A stretch of 64,000 bases of DNA from an uncultured delta proteobacterium (lineage in GTDB: Bacteria; Myxococcota_A; Polyangia; Polyangiales; Houyiibacteriaceae), in NCBI GenBank assembly GCA_963699755.1, contig CAVOVB010000011.1:1-64000 (forward strand), read 5' to 3'. Each line of letters begins with the position of its first letter. Positions within the stretch are counted from its first letter, which is position 1. Below the pieces are notes generated by a model. The model was not told the DNA's origin. It did no database searches and saw nothing but the letters and a program-made list of their open reading frames with translations. Shown in pieces: positions 30,268 to 41,197 of the stretch. Made by a program: the position numbers and the translations under genes.

Positions 30268-31401
30268 TCAGCCCCGCGAACGACTGAAGAAACGCCGATC
30301 CATGAACTCGGTGATGGGCGCCGCGATGAAGATCGAGGACAGCGTACCGACCACGATACCGATGCCAAGCGCGAAGGCGAGGTCCCGAATGACGCCCGTA
30401 CCCAGGAAGAAGAACGCGGACACCGACAAGAGGGTCGTCAACGAGGTGATGATCGTTCGAGAGAGCATCTGCGAGGTGCTGATGTTGATCAGCTCCCGTA
30501 GGCTCTTGTCCCGAACGCGCACCATGTTCTCGCGGATTCGGTCGAATACGACAATCGTGTCGTTGATCGAATACCCCATGATGGTCAGCAGCGCGGCCAC
30601 CGTCGTGAGATTCACTTCCTTCCGCAGAAGGACGTAAATACCGAGCGTGATGAGCGCGTCGTGGAACATCGCAACTACGCCGCCGGGAGCGAAACGCAGG
30701 TCGAAGCGGAACGCGACGTACAGCATGATGAATGCGATGGCGTACAGAAGAGACTGAATCGCCGCGTCACGAAGCTGCGCACCCGCCTTCGGACCAACCC
30801 ATTCGACACGAAGCGCTTCCTTCGGGGCGCGGTCGCCGAATTGCTCGCTAAGCTGGGCGGTGAGCTCGTCTGCAACTCCGACGAGGTTTGCCTCGTAACG
30901 CTGATCGCTGCCCCCGGTGATGGAATTGATCGAGCGCACGTGTGCGCCGCCGGCGAGGAGCGCCTCTTCGAGCTGCTGCTCCTCGACCAGCCCCGAGACG
31001 CGAATGGTGATCTTGTCGCCGCCCGGGGAAACCTTCATCTCCTGAACGACGCCCTCTCCGAGAACCGTGTCGACTGCCTCTCGGATCTTGTCGACTTGGT
31101 GCTCCGGCAGGGAGGACACCTCTTGAACGCGGATGATGTACTCGTTGGGGCTCCCCTCGACGCTGATCACGTCGGGGCGCGCATAGCCCCCCTTTACGAG
31201 GGCTTCGCGGACCTCCGCGGGGCTCGTCGCGCCATTGAAGGCGAGCTGGACCTCAGTGCCGCCGGCGAAGTCGATGCCGTAGTTCGGCCCTGGGTAGACG
31301 AGCGAGATCAGGCTCAGAGCGGACAAGAGACCGAGGACGGTGACCACCGGCCCGCGGTACTTCATGAAGTCGAAATAGGTGCCGGGTTTGATGAACTCCA
31401 T
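30268..31401 (-). CDS. secF: protein translocase subunit SecF
   Basis: NYGIDFAGG, VGPKAG, GYSINDTIVVFDRIREN; start MEFIKPG. Confidence 0.96.
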   Translation of the reverse strand: MEFIKPGTYFDFMKYRGPVVTVLGLLSALSLISLVYPGPNYGIDFAGGTEVQLAFNGATSPAEVREALVKGGYARPDVISVEGSPNEYIIRVQEVSSLPEHQVDKIREAVDTVLGEGVVQEMKVSPGGDKITIRVSGLVEEQQLEEALLAGGAHVRSINSITGGSDQRYEANLVGVADELTAQLSEQFGDRAPKEALRVEWVGPKAGAQLRDAAIQSLLYAIAFIMLYVAFRFDLRFAPGGVVAMFHDALITLGIYVLLRKEVNLTTVAALLTIMGYSINDTIVVFDRIRENMVRVRDKSLRELINISTSQMLSRTIITSLTTLLSVSAFFFLGTGVIRDLAFALGIGIVVGTLSSIFIAAPITEFMDRRFFSRSRG

Positions 31402-31402
31402 G

Positions 31403-33202
31403 TCAGCCCACCCGCAGTCGCTGCACGCGCGCGCCGCGTACGAGCCAGTCGAAGAGCACCTTCGAGCAGAACGTGCCGGTGAAGAGCGAGGTGCCAATGC
31501 CGATCAACAGCATCGTCGCGAAGCCCTTGATCGGGCCTGTGCCAAACTGCCATAGGACCACGCCCGCGATGGCCGTCGTGAGCTGGCTGTCGAAGACCGA
31601 CGAATACGCCCGAGCGTACCCTTGCTCGACGGCGGAGCGTGGGGACTTCCCCAGCCTCAGCTCCTCGCGGATGCGCTCGGTGATGAGCACATTCGCGTCG
31701 ACCGCCATACCAACCGTGAGCGCGATCGCCGCAACGCCCGGCAGAGTCAGGGTGGCCCCGATCCCAGACATCACGCCGAGCAAGAGCTGCAAGTTCAACA
31801 AGACCATGGCGTCCGCGACTAGCCCGGCGACCTCGTAGTACAGCGCCATGAACACGAGCACGAGGATGACCCCGACCAGCGCCGCCACGGCACCCTTGCG
31901 AACCGAGTCCTGACCGAGCGTCGGGCCGATGAGTTGCTCGTTGGCGGGGCGAAGTGGCGCGGGAAGCGCGCCCGCCTGAAGCACCACGACGAGGTCTTTG
32001 GCCTCTTGTAGAAGCTCATTCCGATCTTGGTAGGCACCTAGCGTGATGCGACCGCGCGCCCCGATCTGGCCCTGAATGACCGGCGCGGACTCCACACGCT
32101 CATCGAGCACGATCGCCATACGCTTCCCGATGTTGCGGCCCGTGAGGTCTGCCATGCGTGATGCGCCGCGCGTGTTCATCGTGAAGTCGACCTCCGGGCT
32201 TCCGCTCTGGGGGTCGAAGCCGACCGACGCATCATCGAGGTCCTCACCGGTCGCATCGGCGACGCGGTAGACGTAATAGGTCCGCCAACCCTCGCCGCCT
32301 CGCTCGGGGTCGGGCGCCTGACGACCGATCGAAAGCTCGTGGTCATCGGGCACCGGGAGTGTAGCGATGTATGCGCGGAGGCGATCTCGAGCATCCTCGC
32401 CAAACGCCTCGGCAAAGGTCTGAGCGCCCTGGTCGAGGTAGATGCCCTCAGGCGGCGTAGTGAAAATCGACCGAGAGTCGGATTCGTCGTCGACGATCTT
32501 GAAGCTCAGTTGCGCGGTTCGGCTGATGATCGACTTGATGCGCTCGAACGAGCTCTCCTCCGCGCCTGGAATCTCGATGATGATATCACCGTCGTTCGGG
32601 CGCGCGATGATGGTTGGCTCGAGGACGCCCATGCTATCGATACGGTTGGTGATGGTGCGTTCGGACTGGCGAACCGCCGTCTCGCGCATGTTGGTAAGCT
32701 GCTCTTCGCGCATGTGAAGGTCGACGACGAGGTCGCCCACGCCGCTCGCCACTCGGAGGTCGCGGAAATAGTCCTTCACCCAAGTCTTGGACAGCTTGCC
32801 GGCGTCTTCTTGATTCGAAAACGTGATTCGAATCGCGCGAACGGCCCCGCCTTCCTTGTCGACGCGTTCGACTGTGCATCGCTGTCGAATCTCATCGAGC
32901 TTGGCTCTATCGATGTCGTCGACCTCCTCCTCGGGAACGACTCCGATCAAGACGCCGCACTGGCGCTGCACCTGCTCTGCGATCCGGTCGCGACGGTCAC
33001 GGATGTACTCATCGACTTCGACTTCATACATCAGCCGTAGGCCGCCCTTGATATCGAGGCCGGGGTTGATTTGATTTTCGAAAGTCTCCTTGACGATGTC
33101 CGGGCAGGGCAACCAACGGTCGATGCTCGGCCACAGGGCGAGAAAGCCCAGGACAGACGAGCCGACGACGATTGCCAAACGAAAATACCAGCCTCGATCC
33201 AT
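31403..33202 (-). CDS. secD: protein translocase subunit SecD
   Basis: GLDIKGG, NRIDSMGVLEP, AGALPAPL, GMAVDANVLITERIREEL. Confidence 0.96.
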   Translation of the reverse strand: MDRGWYFRLAIVVGSSVLGFLALWPSIDRWLPCPDIVKETFENQINPGLDIKGGLRLMYEVEVDEYIRDRRDRIAEQVQRQCGVLIGVVPEEEVDDIDRAKLDEIRQRCTVERVDKEGGAVRAIRITFSNQEDAGKLSKTWVKDYFRDLRVASGVGDLVVDLHMREEQLTNMRETAVRQSERTITNRIDSMGVLEPTIIARPNDGDIIIEIPGAEESSFERIKSIISRTAQLSFKIVDDESDSRSIFTTPPEGIYLDQGAQTFAEAFGEDARDRLRAYIATLPVPDDHELSIGRQAPDPERGGEGWRTYYVYRVADATGEDLDDASVGFDPQSGSPEVDFTMNTRGASRMADLTGRNIGKRMAIVLDERVESAPVIQGQIGARGRITLGAYQDRNELLQEAKDLVVVLQAGALPAPLRPANEQLIGPTLGQDSVRKGAVAALVGVILVLVFMALYYEVAGLVADAMVLLNLQLLLGVMSGIGATLTLPGVAAIALTVGMAVDANVLITERIREELRLGKSPRSAVEQGYARAYSSVFDSQLTTAIAGVVLWQFGTGPIKGFATMLLIGIGTSLFTGTFCSKVLFDWLVRGARVQRLRVG

Positions 33203-33219
33203 GATCCTCGCCTGTGCGT

Positions 33220-33606
33220 TCAGCTTTTCTGTTCGGTGGGTTGGTCCAACCCGGCGATGTGGCTCCGCAACACCTTGATGCGGGTCCGCTCCGCGACCTC
33301 GACGGTCACATCGCGCTCGTCGAGCGCCGTAATCTCGCCGCGGATTCCGCCATTGGTTCGGACGATGTCACCCTTCTTCAGGGCGCCGATCATCGCGTCG
33401 TGCTGCTTGGCGCGCTTCTGCTGCGGGCGGATCATCAGGAAGTAGAGGACCGCGAACATCAGGAGAAGGAAACCGATTTGCTCGGTTCCGCCGCCGCAGC
33501 CTAGGGGTCCCGGCACCGGTCCACCACCACCACCGGTCGGAGGCACGGGGACGGGGCCGCCGCTGACGTCCGGCTGAAGCAAAATGTGAAGTAACGAGTA
33601 GAGCAC
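33220..33606 (-). CDS. yajC: preprotein translocase subunit YajC
   Basis: YFLMIRPQQKR, LKKGDIVRTNGGIRG; N-terminal Pro/Gly-rich extension. Confidence 0.92.
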   Translation of the reverse strand: MLYSLLHILLQPDVSGGPVPVPPTGGGGGPVPGPLGCGGGTEQIGFLLLMFAVLYFLMIRPQQKRAKQHDAMIGALKKGDIVRTNGGIRGEITALDERDVTVEVAERTRIKVLRSHIAGLDQPTEQKS

Positions 33607-33768
33607 TGCTAACCCTCAATGCGAATGGAGCCCGGATGCACACCGCTATCCAGGCTCCTGAAGCGCGGGCGTTTCTACTCCATGCCCCGAAGGAGGTCAA
33701 CTCAGCGTAATTGCGTATTTATGCTACAACCGCGCGACCCCCGCTTGGCGGGGGTGTAAGGAGCAGCC

Positions 33769-34689
33769 ATGGTGGACAAAGTGGACAAGATCTGGCTCGA
33801 CGGGAAGCTCATTCCTTGGGACCAGGCGAACGTCCACGTATTGACGCACACCCTTCACTACGGGCTCGGCGTCTTCGAGGGAATCCGCTGTTACAAGCTC
33901 GAAGACGGCCGAAGCGCGATCTTTCGTTTGGATGAGCACATCCGGCGCCTATTCGATTCCGCCCAGATTTGCATGCTCCCAATGCCCTACAGCCAGGAGG
34001 AGATCGTCGAGGCATGTCTCGAGACGGTCCGGGCCAACGGCCTCGACGAGTGTTACCTGCGCCCTATCGCCTTCATGGGCGATGGTGAGATGGGTCTGGG
34101 CGCGAGGACGAACGCCACTCGTGTGTCGGTCATTGCGTGGCGCTGGGGCGCGTATCTTGGAGAGGAAGGCCTTCGCCAAGGCATTCGAGCCAAGGTGAGC
34201 TCGTTTCAGCGTGCCGGCATCAACACCTTGATGTCGAAGGGCAAGATCAACGGCCACTACGTCAACTCGATTCTCGCCAAGCGGGAGGTTCAAGCCATCG
34301 GCTACGACGAGGCCATCATGCTGGACACGCAGGGCTACGTCTCTGAAGCCTCCGGCGAGAACATCTTCGTCGTCCGCGACGGCGAGATCGCCACCCCACC
34401 GATGGGCATGTCGATCCTCGGCGGCATCACTCGAAACTCAGTGATGCGCGTCATGCAGGACCTCGCCCTGACGGTCCACGAGCGATTGATTTCACGCGAC
34501 GAGCTCTACATCGCAGACGAAGTCTTCATGGTCGGCACAGCAGCAGAAGTGACCCCGGTGCGCGAGCTAGATGACCGAACCATCGGCATCGGCAGCCGCG
34601 GGCCGATTACGGAAAAGGTCCAGAGCGCATACTTCGACGCGGTGCGCGGAGTGAAGGTGCCGGACGAGAGTTGGCTGGCGATCGTCTAG
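33769..34689 (+). CDS. ilvE: branched-chain amino acid aminotransferase
   Basis: LHYGLGVFEGIR, KINGHYVNS, EASGENIF, ILGGITR, GTAAEVTP. Confidence 0.95.
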   Translation: MVDKVDKIWLDGKLIPWDQANVHVLTHTLHYGLGVFEGIRCYKLEDGRSAIFRLDEHIRRLFDSAQICMLPMPYSQEEIVEACLETVRANGLDECYLRPIAFMGDGEMGLGARTNATRVSVIAWRWGAYLGEEGLRQGIRAKVSSFQRAGINTLMSKGKINGHYVNSILAKREVQAIGYDEAIMLDTQGYVSEASGENIFVVRDGEIATPPMGMSILGGITRNSVMRVMQDLALTVHERLISRDELYIADEVFMVGTAAEVTPVRELDDRTIGIGSRGPITEKVQSAYFDAVRGVKVPDESWLAIV

Positions 34690-34751
34690 TCGGCAGGACC
34701 GTGGCGGTGCGGCCGCGGGAAGCTCGTGGGTGACCGACAGGGCTCTAGGGC

Positions 34752-35465
34752 TCAGTCCTCGATGACGGATTTGTGAATGATAATCCGCCGGCAGTGTGGA
34801 CACTGGTGCATTTCGTTCGCGCGCCGCAGCTCGATCGTGAGTTGTGGGGGTAGCGCCATGCGGCAGGCGGTGCAGTTGCCGTCGCTGATGATGATCACGG
34901 CGTTGGGGATGCCAGTCTTGAGTCGCTCATACCGCTTGACGATCGTCTTCGAGACCTTGGCGACAAGCGCATCACGGCCGTCGAGGAGCTTGGCGCGCTG
35001 CTCCTCGAGCTCGACGACGCGAGCCTTGGAGGATTCTTCGTCCGCCTGAAGAGCGCTCTTGGTATCCTCGAAGTCTTTTTCGCGTTCGGCGAGTGAGGCC
35101 GTCTTGGCTTCAATCGCCTCGGCAATTCGGCCGAGCTCGTCTTCGCGCTCTTTGATGGCGCGACGATTGGCTTCGACTTCGCGCTCTGCCGCGTTGGCTT
35201 CTCGAATGTTCGATGCCTGAGCAATCTTCTTGCGAGCCCGTTGAAGCCCTTCGTTCCGATCCTTGAGCTCGCCGCTTTGTTGTGCCTTGAGCTGTCCGGC
35301 TTCGTGAAGCTGCTGCCGCTCCTGGGCCAACATCTTCTCCAACTGCTGAACGCTCTGCCTCAGCTCTTCGAGGCGCTCCGGAATCTGTTTGAGCTCGGCG
35401 TCGATGTCGCGAGCCGAGTCATCCATCTCAGCAAGTCTAGCAAGCGCTACGAGCTCTTCGCGCAA
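34752..35465 (-). CDS. coiled-coil protein with C4 zinc ribbon (DUF164/CT398-like)
   Basis: Long coiled coil then CTAC...CPHC; position downstream of rpoD-tRNA. Confidence 0.88.
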   Translation of the reverse strand: MREELVALARLAEMDDSARDIDAELKQIPERLEELRQSVQQLEKMLAQERQQLHEAGQLKAQQSGELKDRNEGLQRARKKIAQASNIREANAAEREVEANRRAIKEREDELGRIAEAIEAKTASLAEREKDFEDTKSALQADEESSKARVVELEEQRAKLLDGRDALVAKVSKTIVKRYERLKTGIPNAVIIISDGNCTACRMALPPQLTIELRRANEMHQCPHCRRIIIHKSVIED

Positions 35466-35656
35466 AGATCGCCTCCGTCATCGGCCAAAGCTGGCGAGCC
35501 TCTAGCGTGCCTTGCCAGACGGTGCAAGATGGCAGGGCGGCGAGCCCGCGCGACAACGACAGCTGGGACGGCTGTTCTTATTTCGCGTGGCTTCGCAAAG
35601 GTGCCGCTTCGCGCCGCCCACAGGGCGCGCTGAATGCGCGAAGCGCTGTTGAGCGG

Positions 35657-35730
35657 TGGGCCCACCTGGACTCGAACCAGGAACAACCCGGTTATGAGCC
35701 GGGGACTCTAACCAATTGAGCTATGGGCCC
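35657..35730 (-). tRNA. tRNA-Ile2 (CAT, lysidine-modified)
   Basis: Reverse complement GGGCCCATAGCTCAATTGGTTAGAGTCCCCGGCTCATAACCGGGTTGTTCCTGGTTCGAGTCCAGGTGGGCCCA. CAT anticodon; GGGCCC acceptor and location after rpoD favour Ile2 over elongator Met. CCA not fully encoded. Confidence 0.88.
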
Positions 35731-35811
35731 TAGGGGCATTACTAGCCCGATCACCCACTGAACGCGAATGAAACGCGACCATGTGAACGGGGCTCGGAAA
35801 AAAGTGCCCGG

Positions 35812-37662
35812 TCAATTATCCATGAAGGACCGGAGTTGCTTACTCCGACTTGGATGCCTGAGCTTGCGGAGAGCCTTGGCCTCGATTTGGCGGATGCGTT
35901 CTCGGGTGACTTCGAAGTCCTGGCCGACTTCTTCGAGGGTGTGGTCGCTCTTCTCGCCGATGCCGAAGCGCATGCGAAGGACTTTCTCTTCTCGGGGCGT
36001 CAGGGTTTTGAGGACGCGGCGGGTCTGGTCCTCGAGGTTACCGCCAATGACGGCATCCACGGGGGAGACGGCGTTCTTGTCTTCGATGAAGTCACCGAGG
36101 TGGCTGTCTTCCTCCTCACCGATCGGGGTCTCCAGGCTGATCGGCTCCTTGGCGATCTTCAGAACCTTGCGGACCTTCTCGAGCGGCATCTCCATGCGCT
36201 CCGCGATCTCCTCTGGATCGGGCTCACGGCCGAGCTCCTGAACCAGGTAGCGCGAGGTCCGGATGAGCTTGTTGATCGTTTCGATCATGTGGACCGGAAT
36301 GCGGATCGTTCGAGCCTGATCGGCAATCGCCCGCGTGATCGCCTGTCGGATCCACCAGGTGGCGTAGGTCGAGAATTTGTAGCCGCGCCGGTACTCGAAC
36401 TTGTCGACGGCCTTCATCAGGCCGATGTTGCCTTCCTGGATCAGGTCAAGGAACTGCAAGCCACGGTTCGTGTACTTCTTTGCGATCGACACGACGAGAC
36501 GAAGATTGGCTTCGACTAGCTCGGCTTTCGCCCGCTCGGATTGGCGCTCGCCTTCCGCGAGAGCCCGATAGGTTTCGCGCAACCGTTGGACTGGTTGCCC
36601 CATCGCATCTTCGACGTCGACGATCGCCTGTTGCGCATCGCGGATGTGTTCCTCGGAGCGAAGAATCTGCTCTTCGGAGCCGTACTTGCGCTGAACCCGC
36701 TTTTCGACGGCCTTGCTCTCTTGCATGTCGCGCACCACGCGCTTCATGTCTTTGTAGCTGAGGCCTCCGACACGCTCCTCGGCTTCGTTCATTTCGCGCT
36801 CCGCCCGCTCGACGCGGCGGGTGTAGGCTTTGATCCGAGCGACGACGCGATCGATCTGCTTCTTGGTGAGATTGAGCTCCCTCAGAAGCGCTATTCGCTC
36901 TTGAAGATGTTTCTCGAGCTGTACGGCTTGCTGCTTCTTGCTCCGTTCGGAAATCCTCTGTTTGCCATCGAGCTCGCCCAGGACCTTCGTCATCGAAGAC
37001 TCGATTCGCTTGACCTTATCAAAGACCTTGAGAGCCCGAACTTTCGCTGCCTCGAAGTCGACCTCTTCTTCCTTGTCGAGATCTCGGACGACGTCCTTGA
37101 CGCGAAGCTTGCCCTTGCGGAGCAACTCGCCGATCTCCAGAATCTCGCTCACACCCACGCGGGACTTCAAAATCACCTGAAAAATCTTGCTTTCGCCGTC
37201 TTCGATCCGCTTCGCAATCTCGACCTCGCCCTCGCGCGTGAGCAGCGAGACCGAGCCCATCTTTCGCAGGTACATGCGAACCGGGTCGTTCGACTTCTGT
37301 GCATAGCCGTCATCGGCAGGAGGCGGAATCGTCGATGCGCGACGCGCTGAGCTTCGCGTCGCCGCAACCGGAACTTCGCTCGTTCGGCTTTGGCCCTCGG
37401 GCGCCCCATCGACTACGTCGATGTCTTCGCTCTTGAGCCACACCATCAGGTCGTCGATCTGGTCGGACGTCACCATGTCGGGTGGAAGAGCCTCGTTGAG
37501 CTCGTCGTATGTCAGGTGACCATGGATGCGCCCTCGTTCGAGAAGGACTTGTACTTCCTTCCGCTCTCGGCCTTTCGTCTTCGGCACGACACGCGATACA
37601 GGTTCAGAGTTGAACTTGGATGCAGTCGATTCCTCGGTACGCTCTGAGCTCTTGCCCGCCAT
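35812..37662 (-). CDS. rpoD: primary sigma factor RpoD (sigma70)
   Basis: Region 1.1, [42 protein letters not shown]. Confidence 0.98.
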   Translation of the reverse strand: MAGKSSERTEESTASKFNSEPVSRVVPKTKGRERKEVQVLLERGRIHGHLTYDELNEALPPDMVTSDQIDDLMVWLKSEDIDVVDGAPEGQSRTSEVPVAATRSSARRASTIPPPADDGYAQKSNDPVRMYLRKMGSVSLLTREGEVEIAKRIEDGESKIFQVILKSRVGVSEILEIGELLRKGKLRVKDVVRDLDKEEEVDFEAAKVRALKVFDKVKRIESSMTKVLGELDGKQRISERSKKQQAVQLEKHLQERIALLRELNLTKKQIDRVVARIKAYTRRVERAEREMNEAEERVGGLSYKDMKRVVRDMQESKAVEKRVQRKYGSEEQILRSEEHIRDAQQAIVDVEDAMGQPVQRLRETYRALAEGERQSERAKAELVEANLRLVVSIAKKYTNRGLQFLDLIQEGNIGLMKAVDKFEYRRGYKFSTYATWWIRQAITRAIADQARTIRIPVHMIETINKLIRTSRYLVQELGREPDPEEIAERMEMPLEKVRKVLKIAKEPISLETPIGEEEDSHLGDFIEDKNAVSPVDAVIGGNLEDQTRRVLKTLTPREEKVLRMRFGIGEKSDHTLEEVGQDFEVTRERIRQIEAKALRKLRHPSRSKQLRSFMDN

Positions 37663-37664
37663 GT

Positions 37665-39497
37665 TCACCTCTGTTTAGTGTTCGACTTGAGCCTGTGTGC
37701 GCTGCGCGTCAGCTCCACAAACTCTCGAGTGAGCCCTGCCGCCAGTGCATCGTCGCCGACTCGGCGCGCTTCGACGATGCGCTGTTGCAAACGGGGCAGC
37801 TCATGTTCGATGTTTTTTCGTTCGAGAAGTGGAAGGCCCTCGTCGAGAATTTGACGCGCTTCCTCTAGGTCGTGCTCCTGCACAGCCAACTTCGCTTCCA
37901 ACCACGGCCTGAGTTGATTGTCGTTCAACTCGTTGAGCAATGCCGCGCCACTGAGCGATCCCTGCCTATCCACCATCCGCAAGATAGAGTCAAAGATGGC
38001 GCGAAGATCAGGGCTCGTCAAAAGCTTCGGGAGCTTATGCACGCCTTCGTGGTGAACCAAGCTCGGTTGATCGATCAGCAAGGAAATCAACTTCGACTGT
38101 AACTCCGACACCGTTGGTGCAATCGGCTGCTGCACTGCGTCACGGCGAGGGATAGGTCGATCGCCATGACGCCCGAGTCCGCGGCGCAACTCGCGACGCA
38201 CCAGACCAAGGTCCGTGATCCCAAATTTGCGGGCAACGCGTTCGACGTAGAGACCGCGTTCGATTGGACTTTCGACCTTGGCAAGAATCGGACCAAGTTT
38301 GGCAATGGAATCAGCCTTCGCATGGGGATTCGGCTCGGTCGTCGCCGCCGAATCGTCGATCAAATATTCAATTATGGTGGGGGCGCTCACGATTCGAGCG
38401 CGCAACGAGTCGGCTCCATGCTCTCTCAGAAAGCTGTCCGGATCGGCGCCCTGCGGCAGTGTTACGACGTGCGCCTCGAGCCCGGCTTTGCTCACGACGC
38501 TATAGGCTTCGCGAACCGCCTTGCGGCCTGCCTTGTCGCCATCGAAGAGGAAGACCACCTTCTGAGCGAAGCGTTTGAGCAACTTGGCGTGCGCTTCGGT
38601 AAAGGCGGTGCCCATGGGGGCAACCGAGTTTTGAAAGCCGGCCTGGTGCAACGCGACGAGATCGAAGTTCCCCTCGCACAGGACACTAGTGTCTTCGCGC
38701 CGGATCTCCACGCGGCCTTCGTGCAAGCCGTAAAGGACCTCGCCTTTGTGATAGAGCTGGTTCTCCGGGCTGTTGAGGTACTTCGCAGGTGGCTCTTTCT
38801 GCTCCTCCATCGATGGCGCGGGCGCCAGCGCTCGGCCGCTGAACGCTACAATTTTGCCGTGCACGTCGGCGATGGGAAACATCAATCGATGGCGGAACCG
38901 GTCGTAGTGTCCGCGGCCCGAGCGACGAGGGACAATGAGGCCGACAGCTTCTGCGTCGGCAGGTGATGCGCCGGCACGTTCCAAGAAACGTACGAGCGAG
39001 TCCCATCCGTGTGGCGCATAGCCGAGGCGAAACTTGCGCGCGGACTCTTCGCTGATGCCACGATCGAGTAGCTCGCTGCGCGCGATGCCGCCATCGGGAT
39101 GCTCGAGGAGCTGCGCACAATAGAAGTCGGTGGCCAGTTCGATCAAGGACGCCAGGCGCTCGGACTGCTTCCTGTGGCGTTGGTGCTCTGCTTCGCGCTG
39201 CGCGTCATAGACCGGCAACTGCACGCCGGTTTGCTCAGCGAGATCGCGCGCAACTTCTGGGAACGTCTTTCCTTCGACGTGCATCAGGAACGAGAAAATG
39301 TCGCCTGACGCCTTGCAGCCGAAGCAATGGTAAAAGCCCCGGTTCGGATGCACGTAGAAGGAGGGGCTCTTCTCGTTGTGGAATGGGCACAGGCCCTTGA
39401 GGCTGCTGCCGGACTTCTTGAGCGCGACGTAGTTGCCAATGACCTCTGCGATGGGGGCGCGGTCGCGGATCTCAGCAATCTTGTCTTCGGAAATCAC
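37665..39497 (-). CDS. dnaG: DNA primase
   Basis: [11 protein letters not shown]...CFGC zinc finger, KYLNSPE, TOPRIM EG-FD and FDGDKAG. Confidence 0.97.
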   Translation of the reverse strand: MISEDKIAEIRDRAPIAEVIGNYVALKKSGSSLKGLCPFHNEKSPSFYVHPNRGFYHCFGCKASGDIFSFLMHVEGKTFPEVARDLAEQTGVQLPVYDAQREAEHQRHRKQSERLASLIELATDFYCAQLLEHPDGGIARSELLDRGISEESARKFRLGYAPHGWDSLVRFLERAGASPADAEAVGLIVPRRSGRGHYDRFRHRLMFPIADVHGKIVAFSGRALAPAPSMEEQKEPPAKYLNSPENQLYHKGEVLYGLHEGRVEIRREDTSVLCEGNFDLVALHQAGFQNSVAPMGTAFTEAHAKLLKRFAQKVVFLFDGDKAGRKAVREAYSVVSKAGLEAHVVTLPQGADPDSFLREHGADSLRARIVSAPTIIEYLIDDSAATTEPNPHAKADSIAKLGPILAKVESPIERGLYVERVARKFGITDLGLVRRELRRGLGRHGDRPIPRRDAVQQPIAPTVSELQSKLISLLIDQPSLVHHEGVHKLPKLLTSPDLRAIFDSILRMVDRQGSLSGAALLNELNDNQLRPWLEAKLAVQEHDLEEARQILDEGLPLLERKNIEHELPRLQQRIVEARRVGDDALAAGLTREFVELTRSAHRLKSNTKQR

Positions 39498-39597
39498 CGC
39501 AGCTTCTCACCTGTGCTTGTCGTCCCTGCGAAGTGGGCGCAGTGTAGACTTCGCCTGGTTCTTGGCAAGCACCGCTTGCCGCTGTAGTTGTGGCGCG

Positions 39598-40338
39598 ATG
39601 GCTTCAGCACGAACATCGCTCCCACGAATTGTATCGGTGTACGTCCTAGTGAGTGCCGCTGTGTTCACGGCGACCCGGCTCGAACAAACCGCCGTCGTCG
39701 GGCAGTACGTCCACCTGCTCGTCGCCGCCATCTTCCTACTGACCTCGATCCGACTCACACGCAGCGACCCGGCACACTTCGGCCTGGCGCTCGGCGGGCT
39801 ACTCGAGCCGCCCACGGACGATGAAGCAGGGGGCCCGCTTGGAATCTTCGAGCTAGGCCGCGCGCTTCGCAAGGCGCTCCCGTCTGCAGCGACGGAGCTC
39901 GGGATTGCCCTGTGTATTGCAGGAGTGGTGTTTCCTCTCTACGCCATTGGCTTCTCCTGGTGGAGTCAACCTGCCGGTTCTTTCTCCTTGTCGTTTCCGC
40001 CCAAGGTCGCGAGCTTCCTCTTGGCACAGCTCGTCGTGGTCGCTCTGCCCGAAGAGGCATTTTTCCGTGGCTATCTGCAAACCGCGTTACGCGACTTGCA
40101 GAGAACGCGACTCCGCATTGTCGGAGTCGAGCTAGCGCCGCTCGCCTGGCTCTTTCAAGCGATCCTGTTTGCAGTGCTCCACTTCATCGTAGAACCCCAC
40201 CCGGCGCGGCTCGCAGTCTTTTTCCCAGCCCTTCTATTCGGATGGACGCGTGCATGGCGCGGCGGAATCGGCGCCGCGCTGGCCCTCCATGCCATGAGCA
40301 ACCTTTATTCCGAGATTCTGGCGCGGAGTTGGCTATAA
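39598..40338 (+). CDS. CPBP (Abi/Rce1-type) glutamic intramembrane protease, myxosortase-like
   Basis: PEEAFFRG, FAVLH, HAMSN motifs plus RLAVFFPALLFGW; several membrane helices. Confidence 0.85.
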   Translation: MASARTSLPRIVSVYVLVSAAVFTATRLEQTAVVGQYVHLLVAAIFLLTSIRLTRSDPAHFGLALGGLLEPPTDDEAGGPLGIFELGRALRKALPSAATELGIALCIAGVVFPLYAIGFSWWSQPAGSFSLSFPPKVASFLLAQLVVVALPEEAFFRGYLQTALRDLQRTRLRIVGVELAPLAWLFQAILFAVLHFIVEPHPARLAVFFPALLFGWTRAWRGGIGAALALHAMSNLYSEILARSWL

Positions 40339-40345
40339 CTCCGGT

Positions 40346-41194
40346 ATGCAGGTCAGTCCGCCGGCTCCCACCATTCTCGCGGAAACGGTTCGTCGTGCGC
40401 TCTCGGAGGACATCGATCGCGGAGACCTGACCAGCGAAGCCTGCATCGAGCCCAGCACGATCGGCACGGCCGCGCTCAGCGCCCGTGAGCGCGTCATCGT
40501 CTGCGGGCTCCCGATTCTCGAAGAGGTGTACGCGCAGATCGATCTTCTGGTCGACGTGGAGAACCACGTGCAGGACGGAGACCAGATCGAAGCAGGCATG
40601 ACGCTCGCCACGATTTCTGGGCCGGCGATCTCGATTCTCCTTGGCGAGCGCGTCGCGCTCAATTTCATGCAAAGGCTCACGGGGGTTTCGACCATGACCA
40701 GGCGATTCGTAGACGCCCTGCCTGACGGTTCCCCCACCCGGGTCGCCGACACCCGCAAGACGACTCCGGGGCTCCGGGCCTTCGAGCGCTATGCCGTGCG
40801 CTGCGGCGGCGGCCACAACCACCGCCAGGATTTGGGGGCCGCCGTCTTGATTAAGGACAATCACATCGCAGCAGCGGGTGGTGTCAGCCGGGCGATCCAG
40901 CGCGCGCGCGCGTACGCTCCGCATACTTGCCGCATCGAATGTGAGGTCGATACTCGGGAGCAGCTCGAGGAAGCGCTCTCGGCCGGGGCCGACATCGTCA
41001 TGCTCGATAATTTCGATGATGCGCAGGTGCGTGATGCGCTCAGCCTCGTCGATGGGAAGGCACTAGTCGAGGTGTCCGGCGGCGTCACGCTCGAACGCGT
41101 TGCCAGGCTGGGCGCACTCGGAGTCGACGTGATCAGCGTCGGCGCGCTCACGCACTCTTCTCCCTCCTCTGACCTCGGTCTCGACTGGACCTGA
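40346..41194 (+). CDS. nadC: nicotinate-nucleotide pyrophosphorylase (carboxylating)
   Basis: ERVALNF, DTRKTTPGLR, HNHR, LIKDNH, MLDNF, ISVGALTHS. Confidence 0.96.
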   Translation: MQVSPPAPTILAETVRRALSEDIDRGDLTSEACIEPSTIGTAALSARERVIVCGLPILEEVYAQIDLLVDVENHVQDGDQIEAGMTLATISGPAISILLGERVALNFMQRLTGVSTMTRRFVDALPDGSPTRVADTRKTTPGLRAFERYAVRCGGGHNHRQDLGAAVLIKDNHIAAAGGVSRAIQRARAYAPHTCRIECEVDTREQLEEALSAGADIVMLDNFDDAQVRDALSLVDGKALVEVSGGVTLERVARLGALGVDVISVGALTHSSPSSDLGLDWT

Positions 41195-41197
41195 CTG

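Noticed and set aside
34690..34751. rnpB or rnhA expected after the zinc-ribbon gene
   Set aside because: Only about 60 bp of gap, with no RNase P motifs.
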